Shown: positions 19,069 to 29,577, counted from the first letter of the stretch. The stretch: DNA of 64,000 bases from Chthonomonadales bacterium (GCA_037443035.1 JBBIPC010000010.1:32001-96000), one strand, 5' to 3'. Numbers and translations: made by a program. Notes: generated from the letters alone by a model not told the origin.

Positions 19069-20087
19069 GGCCGCTGCCATCCCTCCAACTGCTCTTGAAC
19101 ATACTCAAGGTTCATCAGCAGCCGGACCATCCCGTCCACATCCAGCCGTTCCGTGTTATGGCTATGATAGTCCTCCACCTGGCTGGCCTGAGGCATGCCC
19201 TCGGTGAAGTACAGGGCGTAGTTGAGATCCCGCGTATCGGCAGGCACGCGGAAGTACCGTCCTAGGTCCGCCGACCGGACGCGTTCTTCCCGCGTGAGCA
19301 GCGTCTCGTACAGCTTCTCGCCATGCCGTGTCCCGATAATCCGGACCGGATTGTCCACACCGAACACCCGCTTCACCGCCTCGGCCAAGGTTCCGATGGT
19401 GGCCGCCGGCGCCTTCTGCACGAAAATGTCGCCCGGCTCTCCGTGTTCGAACGCGAACAGCACCAAGTCCACCGCATCCTCGATGGACATCATGAACCGC
19501 GTCATGTTCGGATCGGTGACCGTCAGCGGCTCACCGCGCTTGACTTGCTCGATGAACAGGGGTATGACCGAGCCCCGCGACGCCATGACATTGCCATAGC
19601 GCGTTCCACACATGATGCAACCGCGCTCCGCAGCGACCCTGGACTTGGCGATCATGAGCTTCTCCATGAGCGCCTTGCTCAGCCCCATGGCGTTGATGGG
19701 ATACACCGCCTTGTCCGTGCTCAGGACCACCACACGCTCCACGCCGCACTCCATGGCCGCCGTGAGCACGTTCTCCGCCCCCAACGAGTTGGTCTTGATG
19801 GCCTCGATGGGATAGAACTCGCAGGAAGGCACCTGCTTCAGCGCCGCCGCATGGAAAACGTAATGGACCCCCACCATGGCGTCATGGAGGCTTTGCGGCT
19901 CGCGCACATCCCCGATATAGAACCGCAGGCGCGGAGTGCCGTAATGCAGCCGCATGTCCTCCTGCTTCTTCTCGTCCCGGCTGAATACACGGATTTCCCG
20001 GGCGTCCGTCGCCAGGAACCGCCGCACCGCCGCGTTCCCGAAGGAACCCGTGCCGCCAGTGATCAACACCACCTTGTCGTCGAACAT
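19065..20087 (-). CDS. fnlA: UDP-GlcNAc 4,6-dehydratase/5-epimerase (WbjB/CapE/FnlA)
   Basis: TGGTGSFG, SRDEKKQ, HAAALKQVPSCEF, STDKAVYPINAMG, RYGNVMASRGS. Confidence 0.9.
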   Translation of the reverse strand: MFDDKVVLITGGTGSFGNAAVRRFLATDAREIRVFSRDEKKQEDMRLHYGTPRLRFYIGDVREPQSLHDAMVGVHYVFHAAALKQVPSCEFYPIEAIKTNSLGAENVLTAAMECGVERVVVLSTDKAVYPINAMGLSKALMEKLMIAKSRVAAERGCIMCGTRYGNVMASRGSVIPLFIEQVKRGEPLTVTDPNMTRFMMSIEDAVDLVLFAFEHGEPGDIFVQKAPAATIGTLAEAVKRVFGVDNPVRIIGTRHGEKLYETLLTREERVRSADLGRYFRVPADTRDLNYALYFTEGMPQASQVEDYHSHNTERLDVDGMVRLLMNLEYVQEQLEGWQRP

Positions 20088-20123
20088 GCCGCCTCCTGCT
20101 TCGCCTATTCGGACCGCCTCATC

Positions 20124-21251
20124 CTACTGGGCCAACTCCCCCCACAACTCTACGAGCCGATGGGTCACCACTGGAGCCGCATACTCGGTTCGAGCGCGGC
20201 GCCTGCCCTCCGTCCCCATCCGCTCGCGAAGACAGGCGTCGGTTGTCAATCGCGCGATGGCACGCGCCAGTGCGTCCACATCCCTCGCAGGCACGCAGAT
20301 CCCGCACGGGTCGCTGCCATCCACCTCCAGCATGTCACGGATCGCGCCCACGTCGGTGCCCAGCACCGCGCGCCCACACGCCATGGCCTCCGCCACCACG
20401 TTCGGAAACCCCTCCGAGTGGCTCGGAAGGGCGAACACATCCGCCCCAGCGATCATCCGCATGGTGTCCTCGTAAGATAGCGTACCACGAAACTCCAGCC
20501 GGACGCCTCCCTGGGCCATCGCCTCCAGCTCCCGGCGGTACCCCGCCTCCACCGGACCTGCCATGCGAAGCTCCACGGCCACCTCCGCCAACACGCAGGC
20601 CTTGACCAGGTCGCTCACCCCCTTCGACGGCAGCACATGCCCCGCATAGGCCACTACCGGTATCTCAGCCGATCGCCCAGGACCTACGGCCTCTATTGGC
20701 ATGGCAGCCAACGCCGCCTCCACCGCCTCGACGTCCACCATGTTCGGCATCGTCCGCACGTCCGCGCCTGGGCAAGCCCCCTGCAGCACCCGCTCCGAGC
20801 GCCGGTCCAGTACCAGCGTCCGTGCCGCCGCTTCGGTGCAGCGTCGCAGCAACGTCCATTCCCGGTTCTCCGCTTCCCGGAGCCGCGGTATCCGGCCCAT
20901 CCGATAGTGAATGACGGCAGGTACCCTCCGCGCTTGGCTCAGTCGGAGCATCCACAAGTCCCGCACGAGAGCCGGCCCAGCGCTCGTGCAAACATGCACC
21001 ACGTCCGGCGCCCCCCGCGCCAAGAAACTGCGAAAGCGCACCACGTCCCGGATCGCCTGTACCGCGCCCCCAGTCAGCCGCACGGGAGCGGAAAGCTGCG
21101 TGACCCCGCGCCAACGGACCGCCGTATCCAAGTGCAGCACCTGGACACTCCCCCGCCTCTCCAGCTCCCGCAACAAGATGCGCGTCCACGTCGCGATCCC
21201 CCCAGGCGGCGGCGGGAGCGGGGAGACGAGGAGGACGGAGAGACCCGGCAA
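20124..21251 (-). CDS. Glycosyltransferase family 4
   Basis: PPPPGGI, KGV, EGFPNVVAEAMACG. Confidence 0.9.
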   Translation of the reverse strand: MPGLSVLLVSPLPPPPGGIATWTRILLRELERRGSVQVLHLDTAVRWRGVTQLSAPVRLTGGAVQAIRDVVRFRSFLARGAPDVVHVCTSAGPALVRDLWMLRLSQARRVPAVIHYRMGRIPRLREAENREWTLLRRCTEAAARTLVLDRRSERVLQGACPGADVRTMPNMVDVEAVEAALAAMPIEAVGPGRSAEIPVVAYAGHVLPSKGVSDLVKACVLAEVAVELRMAGPVEAGYRRELEAMAQGGVRLEFRGTLSYEDTMRMIAGADVFALPSHSEGFPNVVAEAMACGRAVLGTDVGAIRDMLEVDGSDPCGICVPARDVDALARAIARLTTDACLRERMGTEGRRRARTEYAAPVVTHRLVELWGELAQ

Positions 21252-21256
21252 CTGGC

Positions 21257-21859
21257 TCAGTTCTCCGTCTGCAAGTATGACTGCTGAGCAGCTTCGAGCT
21301 CAGCGCGGGACAGGCGCTTCTCTATGGGATATAGAAGCTCTTCGTGACGTAGCACGCCTTCGACGTCCCAGCGGAAGCGCAGAACCCTCGCGGGGCAGCC
21401 GGCTACTATCGCGTAGGGCGGCACATCGCTCGTTACCACCGCCCCCGCTCCAATTACCGAGCCGCGGCCAACCCTTACGCCTCGCAGAATGATAGCCCGC
21501 GCGCCGATCCACACATCGTCCTCGACAGCCACACCAAGGTCGTCATCGGGCCGCTTTTCCGTAACGTCCATCATGGCTCTGCCGATTTCGCGCGTATTGT
21601 GCCCACCCCCGATGATCATCACCTCCGGGCCGAGCATGACTTTGTTCCCAATACGGACGGTCGAGCGTGCCGCTATGATGGTTGGTCGCAATCCGAGGTT
21701 GACGTCGTCGCCGACATGGATGTTGCGAAAGCTGTAGCAGCCGCGCGGGTCGAAGCGGAAATGTTTCCCGTGACTGCCGAACAGAGGCATAAGCAGCCAC
21801 ATGGCGAGACGGCGTGCCAGAGCCGCGACGGCGATAACGCTCCAACCTACGAGCCGCAT
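21257..21859 (-). CDS. Hexapeptide-repeat O-acetyltransferase
   Basis: [44 protein letters not shown]. Confidence 0.88.
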   Translation of the reverse strand: MRLVGWSVIAVAALARRLAMWLLMPLFGSHGKHFRFDPRGCYSFRNIHVGDDVNLGLRPTIIAARSTVRIGNKVMLGPEVMIIGGGHNTREIGRAMMDVTEKRPDDDLGVAVEDDVWIGARAIILRGVRVGRGSVIGAGAVVTSDVPPYAIVAGCPARVLRFRWDVEGVLRHEELLYPIEKRLSRAELEAAQQSYLQTEN

Positions 21860-23070
21860 GGAAGTGACAACGTGGCAAGCGCAGTGTCAGGAACCTGCTC
21901 TGGCCAGTGGAGCGGAGGTCCTGGCCTACCCACCGCTGCCGACTCGAGGATCTTACTGTAAGACGTGAGTACCTTGTCCGGATCTAGCAACTGGCGCGCT
22001 CGCTCGAAGCTACGCCGTCCCATCTCCTGCAAGGCATCCACACCGGCTTCGACTAACGTCGCGACACTCGCAGCTATGGAGCCGACCTCCCGTGGATCGA
22101 AGAGCGTGCCGGTGACACCCTCTACTACGAGGTTGCCCATGTCCGAGACGGCACTGCTAGCGATTGGCCTACCCATCGCCATTCCTTCGCATACGACGTT
22201 CGGCAATCCTTCGTAGAGCGATGGCAGGGCAACGACATGCGCTTCGGCGTATCTACGAGCGATGTTCGTCTCCGCCTCATGCAAACGGACCAGGTTTTCA
22301 AGACCGTGCTGCAGGATCAAAGACTCGGCGGCCTCGCGCTCATCCGCTCCCCGGCCGGCAGACGCCCGCCCTCCATACCAGTCCGTCTGAACGTGTAGGT
22401 TAGGCCATCGCAGGCGGATCTCCTGCATAGCCCGCACCCAGCCGGTCACGTTCTTCAGGCGCTGGTAACTCGCTGCGATCGTAATGCGCAGGTTACCCCA
22501 GGAGCGCTCCGGCAGAGGGAGAAACGGGAACGCCTCGAAGTTCACCCCGTTGTAGATCGTCCATACACGTCCACGCAACCTCCGGTTCGTGTGTTCAATC
22601 ATCAGGCGATTGGCGTGAGAGTTTGTGACGACGGCGTCAGCTAGGCTGTGCAACGCGCGCCGGAGACGCACGCGGAATGTCCTGTAATCGGGGGTAGAGG
22701 ACCGCTCACCCACGACCAGTCCCCACTGCCGCCTAGGTATGCCAGCCAACTCCGCATAGAGGCTCGGCATAGGGAGAAACGCCAACACGACATCCGGGGA
22801 TAGCGACCGAATTACCGTGCGCACTGCACGGACCTTCCGTAGGAGACTGTTGGCCCTGATCGTGTGTATCGGCACGCCGGCGTCGAGCAAACGTCCCGCG
22901 AAGTGGCCACCTTCGTGATATGTGAGCATCTCCGCATCCAGTCCCCGCCGGCTCAGACCCAAGGCAAGTTCCACCAGCTGTCTCTGTGCCCCGCCCGGAC
23001 CAAGGTTGTCTATGAAGCACAGGACCTTCAAGTTGCCGCTACGAGGACGGAGGGGACGAGGTCGTTGCAT
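21847..23070 (-). CDS. Glycosyltransferase family 4
   Basis: [29 protein letters not shown]. Start uncertain (23070 ATG or 23031 TTG). Confidence 0.88.
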   Translation of the reverse strand: MQRPRPLRPRSGNLKVLCFIDNLGPGGAQRQLVELALGLSRRGLDAEMLTYHEGGHFAGRLLDAGVPIHTIRANSLLRKVRAVRTVIRSLSPDVVLAFLPMPSLYAELAGIPRRQWGLVVGERSSTPDYRTFRVRLRRALHSLADAVVTNSHANRLMIEHTNRRLRGRVWTIYNGVNFEAFPFLPLPERSWGNLRITIAASYQRLKNVTGWVRAMQEIRLRWPNLHVQTDWYGGRASAGRGADEREAAESLILQHGLENLVRLHEAETNIARRYAEAHVVALPSLYEGLPNVVCEGMAMGRPIASSAVSDMGNLVVEGVTGTLFDPREVGSIAASVATLVEAGVDALQEMGRRSFERARQLLDPDKVLTSYSKILESAAVGRPGPPLHWPEQVPDTALATLSLPCGS

Positions 23071-24415
23071 CAATGAAGGATCGGCTCTGAGCCGATGGTA
23101 TCTGCAATCGGCCGCCCGGACCCAGAACCGCACGCCTGCGACGGCTCACATTCGCCCCCGCCGCCAGCGCATAGCCGAATACGAACCACAGCGGCTTTCG
23201 ACGGATCCAGTTGCTCGTCAAGGCTGCAGCCATCACCGCGACTGTAAGCATGATGGGCAGCATGCCATGTCTAGTGCGGCTCGCCCTCCGGGCCAATGCG
23301 AAGCACACTCCGACCCCCGCCAGGAACGGGACCATACCGACGACGCCTGTCTCTGTGAGGATGTACAGGTAGAGGTCATGGGGGTCCAGGGACTCCCGCC
23401 GCTGCTCTGTCGTTGGGGCTCGTTTGGCCAGCTCCCGTGTGTTCCCCTCCGGTCCCCAGCCCAGGACTGGGCGTTCCCATATCATCGCCAGAGCCGCTGG
23501 GTAGATCCGCTCCCGTCCCGCCAGCCGTCCAGCCGCCACGGCTTCTTCCCATCGAGCGCGGGAGATGAACACCGTGTAGACGGTGTAGTACAGGACCGTA
23601 CCAAGCACGACGAACAGAGCCAGGTTGCGGAATCTTCGGGCCAGCGTCTCGCCCTGGAAGGCCAGCGTGAGGAGCCCTCCGGCAATACCGACGACCGCTC
23701 CACGGGACCCCGTACTCGCCATAGCGTAGAGGAGCACGAGCACCACCACCGGGGTTGTCCACTTTCCGAAGCGGCTACTGAAGCGGGAGGTGAAGGCCAT
23801 GCCGATGTGTATGAGGAGACCCAGGGCCAGGGTCGCGCCGAGAGCATTGGCGTTAGCCCCTCCAAAGGATAGGCGGGCTCCGTGACTAGTGAGAACTGTG
23901 GTGCGACCGACGCCAAGCATCATCAGCACGGCAATGGACACGCAGCCTGCCACGAACGCGCGTAGCCCCAGAACTGCCGCCTCTTCGTCCCTCATGACGT
24001 TCGCCGTTATCCACATCATGCATAGAAGTTGCGCCACAGTCGTCAGCCTGCCAAGGACCGCGCTGGCATAGTTCACGGAGAGCGGCAGACCCATCAGGAA
24101 GGCCACCATGAGATAAGCGAAGAACCACCAAAACGCGGCCGGAGGACGCCGCAGTGTCACGCGCGGCTGAAGCAGGGCCGCGGCCAAGAACAGGAACCCG
24201 ATGATCTTGGTGAGTGCGAACGTCTCACCGACTACCGAGAACATGTCGAACGGCAGGGAGCCGGCGAAGAGGATGAAGGCAACGCGAACGAATCGGTTGA
24301 GATGAACGCTGAGCCCCGGCTGCGGCTGAGCAGCGGTTGGCTGGACCTCGCCGGCTGTGGCGGCTATAGGGGTCGGACGAGCGTTCCGTATGTCAGATAC
24401 GTGCACGGAAGCCAT
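23039..24415 (-). CDS. O-antigen ligase/polymerase (Wzy_C) family membrane protein
   Basis: Many TM helices with NANALG, TGSRG, RPVLGWG, PHDLYLYILTETGVVG. Confidence 0.85.
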   Translation of the reverse strand: MASVHVSDIRNARPTPIAATAGEVQPTAAQPQPGLSVHLNRFVRVAFILFAGSLPFDMFSVVGETFALTKIIGFLFLAAALLQPRVTLRRPPAAFWWFFAYLMVAFLMGLPLSVNYASAVLGRLTTVAQLLCMMWITANVMRDEEAAVLGLRAFVAGCVSIAVLMMLGVGRTTVLTSHGARLSFGGANANALGATLALGLLIHIGMAFTSRFSSRFGKWTTPVVVLVLLYAMASTGSRGAVVGIAGGLLTLAFQGETLARRFRNLALFVVLGTVLYYTVYTVFISRARWEEAVAAGRLAGRERIYPAALAMIWERPVLGWGPEGNTRELAKRAPTTEQRRESLDPHDLYLYILTETGVVGMVPFLAGVGVCFALARRASRTRHGMLPIMLTVAVMAAALTSNWIRRKPLWFVFGYALAAGANVSRRRRAVLGPGGRLQIPSAQSRSFIDATTSSPPSS

Positions 24416-24419
24416 TGTA

Positions 24420-25226
24420 CTACACGTGCCTGTCGGCAATGCGTGCGCCATCGGAAGCCAGCGCTGTGACGTAGATCCGGTTCTGTGCTAGCGACGCCAC
24501 ACAGTGCGGCATGGGAAGGGCTGTGAGGCACCGCTCCAACGGCAGAATGATCGGCGCGGGCAAGAGCATGCGCTGTTCCGAGAACGGAAGGAAGGCCACG
24601 GAATAGGTGCGGAGGACGCGGAGCCCGGCCGCACGGAGCATCTCCACGACCTCCCGATCAGACAGGATCCTGCCACCGACGCGTCGGTGAAGGAATCGCG
24701 CGACGCGGAGGAGACTGCTGTCCGAGTTCTGGTGATTGTTAAATACTAGGATTCCGTCCGGCTCCAGATGGCGGACAAGCACGCTGAGAACGCTCGAGCG
24801 CAGTTCCGGTTGCGCGTTGGCAAAGAAACGGAAGGCCGTGACGACGTCGAACGTCCGTCCGGCCAGTACGTCCTCTTGTGTGATGTCTGATTCTACCAGT
24901 TCGGCCGAGCGGACACGCTCACGAGCTACGCCGAGCATCTCGGCTGAGATATCCACACCAACCGCCTCGGCCACGTGGGGCTCCAGATAGGACACGATGC
25001 GACCTGTGCCGCAAGCGAAGTCCAATAGCCGCAGCGGTCGCCTCGGCGCATACCTACGAAGGACTTCGAGCAACACCTGTTGCTCGATCGCCCAGACCAT
25101 GTTGCGATGGCGGTTCTCGGCGAAGCGTGCATCATATGCTTTCCCCTTGCCAGGCGTCATGTGGGACCGACGGTAATCCCGCCCCGTCATCGCGCTCTCG
25201 TCGTCGTGCTTGGGTGATGTACTCAT
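24420..25226 (-). CDS. Class I SAM-dependent methyltransferase
   Basis: LLDFACGTGR, GVDISAEML, FDVVTAFRFF. Confidence 0.88.
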   Translation of the reverse strand: MSTSPKHDDESAMTGRDYRRSHMTPGKGKAYDARFAENRHRNMVWAIEQQVLLEVLRRYAPRRPLRLLDFACGTGRIVSYLEPHVAEAVGVDISAEMLGVARERVRSAELVESDITQEDVLAGRTFDVVTAFRFFANAQPELRSSVLSVLVRHLEPDGILVFNNHQNSDSSLLRVARFLHRRVGGRILSDREVVEMLRAAGLRVLRTYSVAFLPFSEQRMLLPAPIILPLERCLTALPMPHCVASLAQNRIYVTALASDGARIADRHV

Positions 25227-25233
25227 TCGCGTT

Positions 25234-26022
25234 TCATAGTCGGCCAACAAGCCGCAGAAGCCTCAGGTCTCCCAGCAGCCAACAGACCCGTCGTCTCCAG
25301 GGGCTCATAGCATTCCGACGGCCGGCATCCACAGGCCATACTCGACGCATATACGCGCCCACATCCTTCATAGTCACTCGAACGTGAGTACTCTCCAGGT
25401 ACGCAGTGATGAAACGTAGGCAGAACTCGTCAACTGGTTTGCCGTGGCGAAATATAATACCCGGCCGGAGATAATGCCATCGGACGAACCAGAACACATC
25501 GAAGAGGGGCGTACCCGTCGTCACCGTCTCGCCAACGCGCCACGATGTCAGCCAGTCGATAATGATTGGCGTCTGGTCCTGCACGGAAAGCAGGATGTTG
25601 GATCCCGTGAAGTCGCCGTGCAACCAGACCCGATCTCCCGTGCTGCAGTCGTAATCGGGAGGTAAGCTCGACTCCAGTTCCTGCGGCAGTGTAAGGTGCG
25701 TGTGAATGTGCGCCAAGACGGTGCCTAGCCGTTCGGCTAGAGAGTGATCGCGGTAGATGGCCTTCGGCGCGCAGGCTAGCGGAGCCGCGTTGTGGATCCG
25801 CTCGAACACGGCTACGCCTTCGGCTTCCTGAAACTCGAGCACCTGGGGCACGCGAAACCGACCCTCCTCCGATATTCCGTGGGCAGACCGAGTTTTCTCC
25901 ACTTCGATTCGGAGCAAGTCCGGCCGGCCTCGCTTCCGGACAGTGTCGCCGAGAACAACGGATCTCGATGCGCGGTCGAGGTCATGGCGTCGTCGAAACT
26001 CGGCTGCACTACCAGGCACCAC
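25234..26022 (-). CDS. APH/choline-kinase-like phosphotransferase
   Basis: RVPQVL, LAHIH, HGDFTGSNILL (catalytic loop), IIDW (Mg-binding). Confidence 0.7.
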   Translation of the reverse strand: MVPGSAAEFRRRHDLDRASRSVVLGDTVRKRGRPDLLRIEVEKTRSAHGISEEGRFRVPQVLEFQEAEGVAVFERIHNAAPLACAPKAIYRDHSLAERLGTVLAHIHTHLTLPQELESSLPPDYDCSTGDRVWLHGDFTGSNILLSVQDQTPIIIDWLTSWRVGETVTTGTPLFDVFWFVRWHYLRPGIIFRHGKPVDEFCLRFITAYLESTHVRVTMKDVGAYMRRVWPVDAGRRNAMSPWRRRVCWLLGDLRLLRLVGRL

Positions 26023-26040
26023 TCTCAGACCCCCAGAAGC

Positions 26041-27462
26041 TCAACCTGCACGTCTCGCGCGTATAGACTGCACCGCCCACGTGCCGGGTTCCACGAACAC
26101 TCCAGACAGAATGTTACTCACCGACAACCGTGATGTGCGGCGATACAGCAAGAGGACCATGATGCCCGACAAAGAGTACGCCAGGGATGACGCGACCGCA
26201 GCGCCCACAATGCCCGACCGAGGGATCAGGAGAAAATCCAGCGGCACGGTCAGCACCAGGCCAGCGACGGTCGTGTATGTCAGCACCTCCGGATGGCCAG
26301 CGCCCGCGGCAGCGTGACACAGCACGCGGACGACGGCGATGGCGGCCATGCCTGGCAACAGCCACCGCGCCGGCGCGACGGATCCGGCGAACGCGGGGCC
26401 GAACGCCATGGGAATGATCCAATCAACGGCGAGTGCCCATACAAGGGCCAGCAACGCAACGACATAGAGTGTGGCACCGGTGGCGAGCATGGCCAGCCGG
26501 TCTCTGGCCTCGCCCTGGAGGGAGGAAACGGTGGGGTAGACGACGATATTGACGGCCGTCGGCACCAAGAGGAGCAACTCCGCGACAGCGACCGCTGTGG
26601 AATACAGACCCAACTGGGCATTACCCAGGAAGGCGTTGACGATGAAACTGTCCAAACGGTAGTTCAGAACCTGCGCCAGGAGGCCAATGTAGAATCGCAT
26701 GCCGTAGCGCAGGAACTCTCGCGTGAACAACGCTTCCCCCGGCGCCCAGATGGGCGCGTGATGCTTCAGCGTCAAGATCGCCAGACCTGCACCCACGGTG
26801 AGAATCGATGCGAGGACATTCAGACCGACCACGATGTTCGCCGTGAGGCGAAACGAAAGGGCCATATTCACGACTAGGGCCAAGACTACGAGCCCAGGCA
26901 TGGCTACCCACAGGGAGTTCCGGCTCCTGAAGTCCTTGAGACCCGCAAAGAAACTGGCCTGAGTATTGCGCAGGAACAGCAGAATGGCGAACAGAGCCGA
27001 CAACCCGAGCAGCACCGGCGTCAGACCTTTGAGGAAAGGCACTCTCCGCAGCGCGAAGACGACAGCATAGGACAGGAGCCACATGGCCACTACGAACGGG
27101 ACAAGGCGCCACAATGCGCCTACGGTATCGCGCTTGGCACTAGCACTGCCTTGGCCGCGCGCCACGAAGTAGTTGACCGACCATGGGACGCCGAGATGAA
27201 ACGTCGCCTGGACTAGTGTGGCAACATTCAGCGCGAGGACCACCTGGCCGCGGCCCGTCGGTCCCAGGACTCTCGTAGCCAATACCGTGTTCGCAACGCC
27301 CAGCACTAGGACGCCCAGTTCAGTCCCGAACACGGACAGGATACTCCTCCGGAGCCTGGCCGGCGGCTTCCGGGGCGCCGGTGCGTCAGTCTCGGAACCG
27401 GCACCGGCGTCATTCATGGTGTGTGTTGGACCGTCGTCGCATGTTGTTGGAGTAGTGGACAT
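26041..27462 (-). CDS. wzx: Wzx-type oligosaccharide flippase (MOP/PST family)
   Basis: Many TM helices; RVLGPTGRG, NYRLDSFIV, LGLYSTA, LIPRSGIVGAA. Start may be 27417. Confidence 0.85.
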   Translation of the reverse strand: MSTTPTTCDDGPTHTMNDAGAGSETDAPAPRKPPARLRRSILSVFGTELGVLVLGVANTVLATRVLGPTGRGQVVLALNVATLVQATFHLGVPWSVNYFVARGQGSASAKRDTVGALWRLVPFVVAMWLLSYAVVFALRRVPFLKGLTPVLLGLSALFAILLFLRNTQASFFAGLKDFRSRNSLWVAMPGLVVLALVVNMALSFRLTANIVVGLNVLASILTVGAGLAILTLKHHAPIWAPGEALFTREFLRYGMRFYIGLLAQVLNYRLDSFIVNAFLGNAQLGLYSTAVAVAELLLLVPTAVNIVVYPTVSSLQGEARDRLAMLATGATLYVVALLALVWALAVDWIIPMAFGPAFAGSVAPARWLLPGMAAIAVVRVLCHAAAGAGHPEVLTYTTVAGLVLTVPLDFLLIPRSGIVGAAVASSLAYSLSGIMVLLLYRRTSRLSVSNILSGVFVEPGTWAVQSIRARRAG

Positions 27463-27649
27463 TCGCAACGGGTATCATACCCTCTCGGCTCCCGCCGGTT
27501 GTGAACGAAGGGGGGCGGCCACCCGAGTTCCGCCAGACTAAGCTCCACCAGGGCCAAGGGCTGCCCAGACTCGCCTGGTAACGGCGGACGAGGTATCATG
27601 GCCCACGAGACCCTGCCGGAGGACCTGAGCACAGAGAAAGGACCGACCA

Positions 27650-27841
27650 TTGCCGCCTCAAGCCCCTGCACCACAGCCGAATGCCCTTGCGGACTTCCTT
27701 GCGATCGCGTGCAAGGAGGGGCTTTGGAGCACCCCAGAGCGTCTGGCGCGCTATGCGGCCTACGTGTTCGCCCAGCCAAGTCTGGACGTAGCAACGATAC
27801 GGCCACTGCGCCGATGGGCAGGGCGAACGACCAATGCTTAG
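27650..27841 (+). CDS. Short ORF (63 aa), possibly a gene remnant
   Basis: AGAAAGGA 7 nt before a TTG; stop overlaps the ATG of the next gene; protein-like core LADFLAIACKEGLWSTPERLARYAAYVF. Confidence 0.35.
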   Translation: MPPQAPAPQPNALADFLAIACKEGLWSTPERLARYAAYVFAQPSLDVATIRPLRRWAGRTTNA

Positions 27842-28358
27842 CATTGCGAGGCTGGCCTGGCTTAGGTTGTATGCCTACCGGAATCCCGTCGGGCTAGCGC
27901 GGCGTATGGGGGCGACCATCGGCAAGGACTGCCGGATTCTGTGCAATCCACTCTCCTGCTTCGGCTCCGAACCCTACCTTATCACCATCGGCGACCACGT
28001 CACGATAGCGGCCGGCGTACAGTTCGTAACCCACGACGGCGGCGTCTGGGTGTTTCGACAGGAAGATCCAGACCTGGATGTGTTCGGACGCATTAGCGTT
28101 GGTAACAACGTCTTCATAGGAATACGGGCCATCATATTACCGGGCGTCGCGATCGGCGACAACTGCGTGGTAGGTGCCGGCTCGGTCGTGACTCGGTCGG
28201 TTCCCCAAGGCACAGTCATCGCCGGAAACCCGGCCCGCCCGCTGTGCACGATCGAGCAGTATCGAGCCAAGGTTGCTACAAAGGCAGCGCGAATACGGTC
28301 TATGCCCGCTGCGGAGAAGAGGCGCTGGCTGCTTGAGCACCTGGACCAGCTTCCGTAA
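27834..28358 (+). CDS. Hexapeptide-repeat acyltransferase
   Basis: FGSEPYLITIGDHVTI, FVTHDGG, VFIGIRAIILPGVAIGDNCVVGAGSVV. Confidence 0.9.
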   Translation: MLSIARLAWLRLYAYRNPVGLARRMGATIGKDCRILCNPLSCFGSEPYLITIGDHVTIAAGVQFVTHDGGVWVFRQEDPDLDVFGRISVGNNVFIGIRAIILPGVAIGDNCVVGAGSVVTRSVPQGTVIAGNPARPLCTIEQYRAKVATKAARIRSMPAAEKRRWLLEHLDQLP

Positions 28359-28509
28359 CTGAGTGCGAACGAACTCGGGGCACGGAGCGATTCCTCCATC
28401 CTCTCCACTCACTCATCTTGACCGAGAATCCGCGAAGGCGGGAGTACTTGGCAGGACCCATACCGAACATTCGCGAAATAAGTCACAATCTTGACGAGGA
28501 GGAGCGCGC

Positions 28510-29577
28510 ATGAGCGAACGGTACAGATTGGCGGTGATCGGTGTAGGGCGACCGTGGAAAACAGAGGGCGCCACGGGCTTCGGGATGGCACACGCCCACG
28601 TCGGTGGCTTCCTCGAGACGGGCCGATGTGACCTGGTGGCCATCGCCGATATCAACATGGACAATGCGCATGCCTTCGCTGCTCAGTACGGCGGGCCGCG
28701 CATCTACGCTGACTACCAAGAAATGCTCTGCTCGGAGAAGCCAGACATTGTGAGCATCTGCACATGGCCCGATCTGCATGCTCCCATGACCTTGGCGGCC
28801 GCCGAAGCGGGCGTTCGCGCCATCCACTGCGAGAAGCCCATGGCGCCGACGTGGGGCGAGGCCAAGAATATGCACAGCCGATGTGCGGAACTGGGCGTCC
28901 AGCTTACGTTCAACCATCAGCGACGCTTCCTCGAACCGTTCCAGACCGCGAAGCGTTTGCTACGTGAAGGCGCTATCGGCACGCTCCAGCGACTGGAGGC
29001 CCAGTGCGGCGACATGTTCGACTGGGGTACGCACTGGCTGGACATGATGTTCTTCTACAACGACGAGACGCCTGCAGAGTGGGTCCTGGGGCAGATCGAC
29101 GCCAGGAAGGTGCGCAAGGTCTTCGGCGTCCCCCTGGAGGAGCAAGGACTCTGCCATTTCAAGTTCGCCAACGGCGTCCGAGCGACGCTCTATACAGGCT
29201 ACGAGATGGATATCGGGTGTGCCAACCGGCTCGTGGGGGACAAGGGCATCATCGAGGTGGGCTGGGGCGAACCGGTGCTCCGCCTGTGGACCGACCGTGC
29301 TGTGGGCTGGCAGATCGTGCCTACGACCGAGGGCATCCACGACGGTATCGCGCACGAGAGAGTGGCGGCGGACATTGTTCGGTGCCTCGATACAGGAGAC
29401 AGACCGCTCCTGTCCAGCTACCACGCTATCCAATCCACCGAAGTCATCTTCGCGACGTACGAGTCGTGCCGCCGACGCGGGAGGGTGGACTTGCCTCTTA
29501 CGACGGAGGATTCCGCGCTGCTCACCATGCTGAAGGAAGGGACCATCGGTCCGAGGGAGCGAGAAGCAGGTTCATGA
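28510..29577 (+). CDS. Gfo/Idh/MocA family oxidoreductase
   Basis: DIVSICTW, HCEKPMA, NHQRRF, DWGTHWLD; AGGAGGAG RBS. Confidence 0.92.
   Translation: MSERYRLAVIGVGRPWKTEGATGFGMAHAHVGGFLETGRCDLVAIADINMDNAHAFAAQYGGPRIYADYQEMLCSEKPDIVSICTWPDLHAPMTLAAAEAGVRAIHCEKPMAPTWGEAKNMHSRCAELGVQLTFNHQRRFLEPFQTAKRLLREGAIGTLQRLEAQCGDMFDWGTHWLDMMFFYNDETPAEWVLGQIDARKVRKVFGVPLEEQGLCHFKFANGVRATLYTGYEMDIGCANRLVGDKGIIEVGWGEPVLRLWTDRAVGWQIVPTTEGIHDGIAHERVAADIVRCLDTGDRPLLSSYHAIQSTEVIFATYESCRRRGRVDLPLTTEDSALLTMLKEGTIGPREREAGS

Noticed and set aside
25234..26022. Aminoglycoside resistance gene
   Set aside because: Only the generic kinase fold motifs match, and the gene is embedded in a glycan biosynthesis operon.
29004..29573. 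265-aa ORF 29004..29801 as a single gene or a frameshift fusion with the oxidoreductase
   Set aside because: The upstream part is off-frame Arg/Gly-rich noise within the oxidoreductase; only the part from ATG 29574 looks coding, and no slippery site was seen.
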